A DNA stretch of 64,000 nt from the NCBI GenBank assembly GCA_009103225.1, contig RHPI01003079.1, forward strand, positions 28,377 to 92,376, written 5' to 3'. This document shows, in pieces, positions 26,460 through 36,600 of this stretch. The translations under genes and the position numbers were made by a program. Numbering within the stretch: the stretch's first letter is position 1; each line of letters starts with the position of its first letter. Source of the stretch: Chlorokybus atmophyticus (lineage: Eukaryota > Plantae > Mesostigma and Chlorokybus algae). Under the pieces are notes generated by a model. That model ran no database searches and was not told where the DNA came from. It saw only the letters and a list, made by a program, of their open reading frames with translations.

Positions 26460-26707
26460 CGTCCCTTCTCCCCAAACTCTCAGCCGAACTTTCGGCCGTC
26501 AGCGCCGCCGCCAGCGCCGCCGCTGAGGTGACGGCCGCGACTGAACAGTAAGTTGACACGTGTGTGTGTCAATTAACCCTGGCGCTAACAACTAGTATTA
26601 ATTAAATGGTTAACAGTTTGTTATTTCAATCTAGCTGACCAATAGTCAGCCTCAACGAGTAATGACCACTATATGATATAGGTTGCCGTGCGACCCTACC
26701 GGTACGT

Positions 26708-26780
26708 GCACTTGTAGCTTGGTGGTTAGGGCGTCGTCTTTGATATGCTAAAGGTGCTGGGTTCGAATCCGGTCGATGCG
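26708..26780 (+). pseudogene. Degenerate tRNA-like sequence / Pol III A- and B-box
   Basis: TAGCTTGGTGG (A box, 26715) and GGTTCGAATCC (B box, 26760) at tRNA spacing; acceptor, anticodon and T stems pair poorly. Confidence 0.5.
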
Positions 26781-29766
26781 TGTGTTCTTGACTAATCATT
26801 CCACTAACGCCGCGGAGCTGGCCGCGGCCTCGTGCGCCGCAGATTGGGCGTGGCTGGTGCCGCCGGCAAAGATGTCTCAACTTTTACTGCAATTGCACTC
26901 ATATTTACATTGGTCCATAATAAAATTCGGTCCATGGTCCGCTGGCCGGACCAGTTATGATTGAAGTATTGTAATGATATGATTGAGTCCCTGGTCCGAT
27001 GGCCGGACCAAACCTGGTCCTGATGCAACAGTAATCGGCTGGACCTTCAGTGGTCCGTACCAAGGGACAATGGTACCATTCACGTGAAATTTGGACCATG
27101 AATGGTCTGACTGTCGATGAAAAACAGACCATGCAAGGTCCACCGATTCAATCATTTAGCAGGGGGAAATCCCGGTCCTGCGTCACGGACCATTCATGGT
27201 CCTTGAACGTCAATCCGTGTGAGAGCAAGCTTGGCATGGGAGCTGTGCTGGTACAGCACGATGAGAACAAGAAGGAGCGGGTAGTGCTGTGCGCCCATGC
27301 TCCAGCACCTGGTTGACTGTCAAACCTTGCGGTCTTTTATACTCTTGCTGCACCGTGCGAAGTACCTCGATAGGCGCAAGGTTTGTCCACTTCACACGCA
27401 GCCGATGCACGCGCGAACCATGCCGTGCCGCATCCATGACCAGCTCATGGCTTAAAACATGTCTCACCAGCTGATAGTCCTCTTTCACGCGCTTGCGCTT
27501 ATCGTCTTCAGCCGGCACATTCTCCATGATGTACGCCATGGGCTGCTCTTGTCTTTGCTGAATCATGTTGATAACACGTACCAACACTCAAAACAATGAT
27601 GAGCGCGCATCCATTAATCCCTTCCCATGACCAACCCGTGAATGCCCTTGACATTCCCACCCCGCTACTAGCAAATTAACCTTGCCAATTGCCGCGAGAT
27701 TATGTGGCCCCACCAAGCAAATGTCTTGCGGCCATGCACTTTGAAAGCCCCTCATTGCACTCTCACAGCAGGTCCGGGTACTTCGTCAACAACACCCTCA
27801 CATGATGTTGAGCACCTTGTTGTGCCGTTGGCGAAGGGTCCACATAGACATAACGCCGCACCTTGATGCCGGCGTTTAACGCAGCCGCAAGCTCACTTGC
27901 AATGCCACCGAGCAGCTCTACCATCACAACACCGTCCTCGGGGACCTTCCACTTAATGGTGTTGTAGTTGATAGGCGGATGTATAGCTCGCACACCCTCG
28001 GGCAGCAACGGAGGCGCCAATGCCATCACATCTCGTGTCCACGCATGGCCAACCTTCTCATGAGCTTGTTGATGCCGCTGAGCACGGTGTTATGCAGCTA
28101 TCTCCAGCTCCTGTTGCTGAGCATGAGCCGCTTGTAGCAGCTGCAGAGGTCTCTCCTCTTCCATATGGTTGAAGACAACGTCTCCCTTCTCCACATGGTC
28201 ATTGTACAAGTCGACGCTGTCACCAAGCCACCCCATAGCTGGTCGCCAACTCAAGCACGCCCACAGTGCAGATGCTGAGGTTGGAGTCCTCTCGACACCC
28301 CCTTGCGTGATGCTCAACGGAAAGTAGGCCTTCTCTCCCCCTCCCGGGCGCCAATGCGGCCGAAAGAACCCTTGCTCGATCCAATTACCAACGCCGCCAT
28401 CGACGGGGAATAAGAACTCTTGTCCGCGCAGCACATCATACCCTCTTGCATCCGTGATGAGGTATTGAACCTTGAATGATGTGGTAGCACCTCCCATTGC
28501 AGTCACACGGATCTCCACCGGCTGCACGGTGATGCCTCGCACCGTCTTGACGGTCCCCGCCGAGGTCTGAATCATGAACGGGCATCTCTCCCACTCGTTG
28601 GAGGTAAGTTCTAGGCCTGCCACAGCTCTGGAACCTAAGATGACAGGTTGTGCGCCTGTATCTACCAAGACAACATCTGGTACAAAGCCGTCCAGGCTGA
28701 CGTGACCACTCCGGTTGTCTACCATAGCCACATTGGGCGAAATCCTCTCTCTCAAGGCCGGCCGAGTGGCGGGAAGCTGTGCCAACATCCCTCCTACACT
28801 CCCCATACCTTCCAGTTTGTCTCCAAACTGAGCGAGAGAACTCGACTTCGATGGGGGCCCTCCCGACGCCGCCAGCATTGCCCGCGCAGCCATACGGCCT
28901 ACTTGCGCCATCATATCTCCTTGAGACTTGCTTATCTGGTCATGAGACTTTGTGGAGGCACTCTTCATGGTGTCTAGAGCGCTTTGCAACAGCCCTACCA
29001 CCTGCTCCTTGGTGACTCCAAGGTCCTCCAAGCGAAGAAGAGGCTGCCCGACCAGCACCGCCGCGACACCCTCCAACGGCGCCGTCAACTCCGAGTTTCC
29101 TTCGTGGACTTGGGTTGGGGGCTGTTGGTAAAGCATCTTAGACTTCTCTAAAAGCTTTACACAAACTTGGAGCAGCTCCTCCACTTTCTTGTGCTCACCA
29201 CTGCTACCAACGCCGACCTCAAGTCGCGCCGTTGCCGTAGCAGTCGGCTGCACCTTCGCACCTTCCGGACGCGAACTCTCTTGCTCCAACGGGGTTGTCG
29301 GCAGCAACTCAAATAACTTTGATATGCGGGCAGGTGGTGCACGCATCCTATCATGATCCACCCCCTCCTCGCGGACGAGTGCGGCCTCCTCCTCGACCAT
29401 CCTAGTCGGAGAGCTGGTGCAGCCCCGCCGCGCGCCGACGCTCTCGTTATAGCCGCAGCTGGCACCTCCGTGCCTCCGTGGAGCGCACCAAACGCAAGGT
29501 GGCTTCCGGAGCTGCTAGGCACATCCCTCCCTCCGCTCTCGGGCCACTTCCCTCGCTCGAGCATGCTCTTCAATGATGCATACTCAGATTGCATAGCCGC
29601 TAGGGCTCTTGTCACCTCTAACATTGAAGGTCCTTCCTTCACACTCGAGTGAGCACCGGCTGCACCTCCTCGTGCTTGTAGACGCAGCTCTGGGTGCTTA
29701 CTCCAACACTTGGCCTCGACGCGCCCTCCCTTCTTGCAATGAGAACACACGTCCTTGTTACCACCC

Positions 29767-30438
29767 TGTCATGCCATCTACCCTCGCATGCCAGTCCTTC
29801 TCGAGCATGCCTACACCCAGCCCCACGCCCGGGCTACCAGCATGAAGACCGCGCGAGCCCCAGCCTACTGCTAGCTACTGTACCGCTCATGTAGCATGTA
29901 GCTAGGGCTACTTTATAGACCTGTCTGTAGGGACCGCGCGTAGCTGATCAGTTGTAAGTCTGTTAATAACACATGTGCTATATCGAGTCTTAGGAGATTT
30001 CCGAAATAGCATGAGGCCTCGATGTGACCGTTGGCCTAGTGCCCGCGTGGCACTGCACAGTTATGATTTGACATGTATAAGTAGGAAGTCACGTCACCAG
30101 ACTGGCTGGTGACACTGTAAGTGAGTACTGGGAGTACTGGGAGTACTGGGAGTACTAAGAAGTAAAGACTCTGTTTCTAAAGAGCTTGTGAAGCGACTTG
30201 AACTGGAAGCACGCTGCCCCGGTTGCCAAGAATTCCCTTACTGCGTGAGACACGGTGCATGCTCTTGTGCGCTGTGCCTGTCATTGTTGTGAGCTTGGCG
30301 GTGGTGTGTTGTCTCAATAGTCAGGGTGTTGTATCCACGTGTTGCACACTCATTCACCTCACTTAACAGTGTATCATTCTATCCACTCATGCAAAGAACT
30401 GTGTCCACAGCACTACCTATCGTAGTGGCTTGTTGACT
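29767..30438 (+). repeat. Terminal repeat A1 of element D (672 bp)
   Basis: Matches 40017-40679 (and copies near 44.4 and 49.6 kb) apart from scattered substitutions and the number of 9-bp GAGTACTGG units. Confidence 0.95.
30076..30122 (+). promoter_or_regulatory. TATA box and predicted transcript 5' end / self-primer of element D
   Basis: TATAAG at 30076; GGTGACACTGTAAGT starts 32 nt later (30108-30122) and is the perfect complement of 30436-30450. Confidence 0.7.
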
Positions 30439-30450
30439 TACAGTGTCACC
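30436..30450 (+). promoter_or_regulatory. Self-priming primer-binding site (Tf1-like) of element D
   Basis: ACTTACAGTGTCACC at the end of A1; no TGG-starting tRNA PBS nearby; preceded by a small stem-loop CACTAC-ctatc-GTAGTG. Confidence 0.75.
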
Positions 30451-30639
30451 CTCTTTGCACAAGTGAGTGTGTTGCAATCTGCATCAGATAGTGCAGTCTG
30501 CACCCAGGGATAGATCGCTGGGCATTCGTTATCATTGTCATCACATAGTGCGCACAAGCACTAGTGTGTTGGGTGGTAACAGCATCAGGATGAACGGTAG
30601 AGCACAAGCACTCTACCCTTTCACCTCTGGACCAGCTGT

Positions 30640-33600
30640 ATGAGCAAGCCCACCCCGTTCTCCCCAATAGACGAGCGTGACCTCAGCAGTTGGAGCCCAA
30701 CCACCAACCTCACCTACGAGCGGACTAGTGACGGGAGCATCGACCGCAGCAGCAGAGGCTCGCGCTCCATCTCCAGCTTCACCCCGCTCCACTCTACTCC
30801 TCGTCATCAAGCTTCTCCACTATCATCGGACAGCGATGACAACGAGATGGAGTCTTCGAGTTCAACCACATCCCTGCGCTTCTCCGGACGTGCCGGCACC
30901 ACCTCGCTGGATGAGTTCATCATCAAGTTCCACTCCAAGATGCGGCAGCAAGCTCTGAAGAACAAAGACTGGTCAGATGAGATCTCTTTCCACATTGCTG
31001 CTCAGTATCTTGATCATGAAGCACACGATGTCTGGAAGTCCGTTGCTGAACTGCATCGAGTAGACGGCTATGGCGAGCTTGCCAGCACCATAGCATCTGC
31101 ATCTCTGCACCGTCCAGCAGGTGTCGTTCCACCTGCCACTTCAGTTGCAGTAACAGGCTTGTCCATAGCTGCAGCTCTCAAGCAGGCAGAGGAAGAACCA
31201 GAGTTGGTACTTGTCAACTTGACCCCTGCAGAAGTGGAGTCCAAGGAGGCCACATGTCGAGTCCGCATCCTTGACCGTTCTGCCATCATCCTTAAGGAAC
31301 AAAGAGCTGTATAGCAAGCGGCAGCCGCAGAGTGGGGTACTCCTCTACCTCCAGCAACACCTGGCTCTCGTGCAGGAGGCAGTGCTTTCACCCTCGGGTC
31401 AGTAGCACTGCGCGCACCAGCCATCACCGTAAGTGCTGCCATCTCTGATTCTCCACTCAAGGACCTGTACGCTGCCCTGCGCCGCACCTTCCCTCCTCAG
31501 ACCATCAGCAAGGTTGAGGAGCTGAGACGCTTCCGATGCAAGCCCAATGAGGATCCCCTCCGCTTGTACTCCAGACTGGAAGGTCTGCTGAAGGACACTG
31601 ACTACAAGATTATCAGTGAGGAGGCTGCTGCAGTGATATACGTCAATGAGTTGGATGCTGCTCTGAGCGAGTCGACACGCCTGACTCTGAACTACAGCAG
31701 GCCCCTTGGCTACACCCTCAAAGAAGCCTTCGAGACTGCACAAGCCATCCACAAGCGCTTGGTGTATGAGAAGGCAGTGCTGGACACCAACCGCAGCGCC
31801 GCACAGCCTGTAGTCAGCACGACAACTGAGCCTCCTCGCCGCGACCGTGGCCGAGACGCCCCACCAGCACGCGACAAAGGGAAACGGTCAGCTCATGCGG
31901 CACTTGCTGCCCCTGTGCTGTGTCATCGCTGTGGACGGCATGGGCACTACCAAAAGGAGTGCATCGAAGAATACTCAACTTTGGTTTGCGACCATTATCA
32001 CAAGACTGGTCATTTGGAGTCAGTCTGCTGGCTCAAGTTCCCAGAGTTGAGGCCCGCCAACAGCTACAACCACAACTACTCCGGTGGCTACAACAGCAAC
32101 AACACTGGAGGCCACACTGGCAACAACTTCAATGGCTACAATAGCAACAACACTGGAGGCCACACTGGCAACCACTTCAATGGCTACATTAGCAACAACA
32201 CTGGAGCCCACAACAGCAACAACGCTGGTGGCAATAACAACAACAACAACGCCAGTGTTCGCAAGGAAGAGCAAGGCTACAGGGGGAAGAACAGACCTCC
32301 TCAGCGTAAGGGACCAGAGACACGTCCGCGCGCTGCTGCTGTTGCCGCCAAGGCTTCAGCCAACCCACCAGCTGATGACCATATGGCAGCCCTCATGGCG
32401 CGTATGGCACGCTTGGAGGAAGACAAGGAGCAGGACTACCGCGCCTGCTACGCTGCCCGATGGGCGCTGATGGCTGCAAAACGCGAGAGAGACAGGAACA
32501 CTCCGTCCCGCGTGCAACCATCACGACGAGCACGAGGGGAAGCTGCAACAACATCAGCAGGCACCTCCTCCGAAGCCACCAGTGGTGCTGCCTCCGCAGC
32601 AACAGCCACACCGGCTACAACGTCGACTCCACCAACGTCAGCAGCACCCACTCCAGTTGCACCACAACCTGGTACACCGATGGACACCGGGACGCCGACG
32701 CTGGTGAGCACAATGGCAACAGCCGCTATGTCTACCAAATCTGCACCATTGGGCGGTGCACTTCCCACTGCAGCAGTGCCTCTGTCCGTAGGCGTTGAGA
32801 CAACTCTCGCACCACCGACCGGTACCGTCGCAACTGCCACAATGGCCATCGTTGAGCCCGCTGTCTCTGCAGCGACGTGCGCAGCCACTGCCCGCTCTCG
32901 ACGTCACTCACGCTGTCCCAACTGGTCAGCAAGCTGAGCGAGCATGGGAGACCATCCTGCGCGGAGCAGACCCCACTACCATCGCCTTCGGTCGCGGGGG
33001 GAGCGCACCACGCGTGTCGCCCGCGATGATCGCATCTTCCCGCTACCAGAGGTTCACACCCTTCCAGCACTCACTCAACACCAATTGGAAGATGAGATCC
33101 TTGCTGGCACTGCACCTCCGATGCGTGACAGGGTGTTTTTGATCAGCTACAGCCCACCGGTAGTGTTGGAGTTGGCCCTGCAGCTGTTCTGGGCGTTGCA
33201 CAACAACATGCAGACCGCCCCGCACCAGCCTGCACGCATGCCAACCACCACCTTTGAACCCAGCCCGCTGGACACGTATCGGGACCGCCGAGACACCGTC
33301 CAGCAGCGCATCGCCGACGCAGCCGACCTGCCTTTGAGCACTGATGAAGCACTCGGACCTCCTACAACCGCTCGCCTTCATCAGCGCTACCACGCACTGG
33401 AACAGGCATATTATTGGCGACAGGATCAAGCTGCCGCCATTGCTGCACGTGAACAAGCTCTTGAAGCTACGCGTGCACCAGTACCGCAGTCACCAGCTGC
33501 TGGTCCATCCTCCAGCACCATTCCGCTCTTCGTCGAGACCAACTCTGACCAAGCGAGGGCGTTGGCTCAACAAACCAGGGGGGTGATCGCCCCGTTGCTG

Positions 33601-36600
33601 CCTGCGCTGGTGGAGGATCTACCTGAGGACCAAAGGGAGCCAGGGAGGGGCTACCTTACACCACAAGGGTGTACATAAAGAGATGAAGCAGGACTGGTTG
33701 GAGAGCAACAACTACGCACTGCTCTGTTGCGACAAGCAACCATGCTGCATCGACAAGAAGGCATTGGACTTCGGCAGATGCTTGGGATGCAAGACAATGG
33801 CAACGCGGCACGCGCACGGTTAGTGACGTGGCTGGTCACCAACCATCCCGCAGTCCCGTTGTTCGCTTTCGGCGCCAGAATAGCGTGGGTGGACGCATTC
33901 CTTCGCTCCATACGGCAAGCCTATGATGAAGTGGCTTCCGCCGCCACTGACACTCTGGAGGGAGCTCTGGAGGCTATACTGAGTTTGCCAGGAGTGGAGG
34001 CAGGACGTCAGTGCAGGCGCATCGCCGCTGCTTACGAGCAGCATGTCCAACAGGCAGAGACCCGCCTCACTGTACGCGCACGAGCAATAACAGTGCTGGA
34101 AGTGGGAGTGGTCAACGGCAGATGGGATGCTTACATGGCAGGGATCCTCAGGGTGCCCACCATCACTCACGACATGAGGGCGCGGCTCCTACGCGCAGTG
34201 TACCTGCAACCCATGCCTCAGAACCATCGCTATATAGACGTGAACAACAATGCGACGGCTACATGGGAAGGTACACTAGTCAGAGAGGCAGCCCATGCTG
34301 TGCGATGGACCTATGCGGAGGAGCAGGCTGCACGAGAGGCAGTCCCGCAAACACCAGGTCCTCCAGGGTTCCCGCCACAGCCACTGGCCACTCCTCCTGG
34401 CATGACAACAGCTGCACAGAGGGTCAACCCTCCTGCACCTCCACTTGGACAGGTTGCAGCAGCACCTCCAGTGCCTAGGCCACCACGCGTGTACCAGCAA
34501 CCGCGACAAGGACGGTTTGGACAAAGCCGAGGACAAGGAGGTCCACAAGATCCATCAGGCAGAGGAGCCCTGGCTGCCTTACGGTCAGGCCCCGCGGATG
34601 AGAGTGAAGCAACAGTCTCTCCACGCAAGAGGTTCCGTCGCTTCAAGAGGCTTCGCATCAACGCCAATGCAGCCATGATCGCCAACCAAGGCAAGCACGT
34701 GACCGTCAATGGTCGGGCACCCAAACGCGTGATGCTAAACACTGGAGCACAGCCTGTCATCATTGGGCGCTACCTCGCACGAGATCTCGGCATCACCAGC
34801 GCTGAGCTGCTTCCCTGTCCCTACCAGCTGGACACCGCAACCGGCAACCGCGACAAGGTGCTCGACCTTACCAAGCAGGCTGTGAGCATCCGCCTCACAG
34901 GACTAAACCCTTCCCACAGCACCAAGATTGTACAAAGGTGTGTGGTCACCGATGCCGGGTCCTTTGACCTACTGCTGGGACAGGACTGCAACTTCCCTGT
35001 CGGCATGGGGATGGACTGCTGGACTGAGCAGGCATGGTTTCGACCGCATTGGGATGAGGATGATGGAGAGGAGCAGGGATTCCTACCTCTCGAACTGGTG
35101 GCCAAGGCCCGCTCGCAACGAAGGTCGGCCGCAGCAGCCACCTACAGTCCTACAAAAAGCTCACGTGTGCCTCGTGCCCGAACGCAGCCGAGGACAACTG
35201 CAACGAGCTCGAGCCCGAGCTCAAACGCTGAAGAGGACTCTCCTACACCGTACGATGAGTCTCAGGAGACTGTCACTAAAGAAGTGGCCTTTCAGGAGCC
35301 ATCCGAGCGTCGCTGGAGCGCACAAGTAGCAGCACACATGCTACTGACCAGGCCTCAGCTCACTGCACACTTCCCTGTCTACAAAGACCAGGCTACAATG
35401 CAGAAGCAGTACTACATAGCTACGGAAGTTGTGGAGTTCCACATGTTCCGCCGACAACAAGGCATCACCGTGCTGGAGCTGTTCGGAGGCATAGACAGTG
35501 GGCTTGCGGCTGTCCTCAACACAGGAACAACAGTCACCAAGTACCTCTACTGTGACCCTAACCCTCATGCACAGGAGGCTCTGAGCCATCATTTACGACA
35601 GCTGCACCAGCGCTACCCGCAGCAGCTACCGCTGTCGGCACTGCAAGGGAGCCAGAAGGCTCTATCGCAGGACATCCGCTGGATTACCAAGGATCACCTG
35701 CAGGCAGTCGGCAACATTGATTTGCTGATAGCAGGATGGGAGTGTCAAGGGCACTCCAGGGCAGGCAGAGGCCACGGGCTCTCTGATCCTCGCTCACAGC
35801 TGTTCTGGGAGCTAATGAGAGTCATCAAACTCCTGCAGACCAGTCAGATCGCTAGGCCCTTGGGGTACATAATCGAGAATGTGCACTCCGAGGATGACAA
35901 GCGGCATCACGTCGCCAAGGCCTATCGACAAGTATGCTCCTTGCTGGGGCATCCTCTCAAAATCAACGCCGCGCGTCATGGATCTCGCGCACACCGCGTC
36001 CGCGCCAAGTGGACCAACCTGGCCATTGTGGAGGACCTGTTTCTGGCAGAGTACCTATACAGCAATCGGCCACGAAATCTCGTCGTCGATGACATCCTGG
36101 ACCCTGAACGCACAGCGCAACCGGTCACACGCCTTGACCACCACCACTTCTACCAGTGCAACCAGCCTGGTCAGCCGCGCCGCGCACTACCCACACTTGT
36201 ATCCTATCTAGGCTCCTGCGCGTTCCGCAATGGAGGCGACGGCATGGTGTTAGACTCCAACACTGGACAGCTGGAAGAACCCAATGCTCGTGAGCGCGAG
36301 CGTGCTATGGGATTCTCTCAAGGCAGCATCACAGGCTCCACGCTGACAATCAGTCAACAGTGTCAGTTGTTAGGGCGCGCCATGGATCAAAACAGCATGG
36401 TGTGGTACTTGGAAATGTGCTTTGCTCTCCAGGACCGCCATGTGTCCTTCCAGAAGCTCGAACACCTGGCTGGGGGGTGGATTGCTCGCTTTTCAGAGAT
36501 CAAAGCGGCACACACCGCCCTCGAGACCGCCCACATGGAGGAGCAAGCAGCAGTCACTGTGGAAGACATTCCAGTGGTCGCCAACGCTACCTCGTGGTCC

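Larger units (their letters stand above)
20358..26668 (-). mobile_element. DIRS-order retrotransposon, PAT/TOC/kangaroo-like, with split direct repeats A1-ORFs-B1-A2-spacer-B2
   Basis: A = 182 bp (26485-26666 and 20756-20937, 8 mismatches); B = 167 bp (20938-21104 and 20358-20524, 6 mismatches); B1/A2 abut; gag, RT, RNase H, MT on minus, tyrosine recombinase on plus; no TSD, a shared CA at both junctions. Confidence 0.95.
18871..27221. mobile_element. Non-autonomous CMC/CACTA-like DNA transposon (CACAC...GTGTG, 3-bp TSD AGA), ~2.0 kb without the nested DIRS
   Basis: 17-bp perfect TIR CACACGGATTGACGTTC, extendable to 35 bp with 4 mismatches; AGA at 18868-18870 and 27222-27224; dense GGACC/GGTCC subterminal repeats and hairpins at both ends; no transposase ORF seen. 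Superfamily assignment is inferred from CAC ends, 3-bp TSD and subterminal repeats. Confidence 0.85.
16500..27295 (+). pseudogene. Decayed DNMT-gypsy pol fragment (element C): DNMT C-terminal motifs, RT, start of RNase H; interrupted by a solo LTR and the CACAC element
   Basis: RNGGEGMVFDEATGKLEESNARECEHAMGF and LEVAHMEEQAALTVEDIPVVANATSW align with the 33727-39729 ORF; RT remnants at 17000-17407 and 18324-18870; RNase H resumes at 27222 (AGAGCAAGCTTGGCATGGGAGCTGTG). Confidence 0.85.

Noticed and set aside
26708-26780. Functional tRNA gene
   Set aside because: Acceptor, anticodon and T stems do not pair adequately.
30640-33727. Programmed read-through or separate gag ORFs
   Set aside because: Stops lie in one frame and the first aligns with Gln in a relative; point mutation is simpler, pending a consensus.
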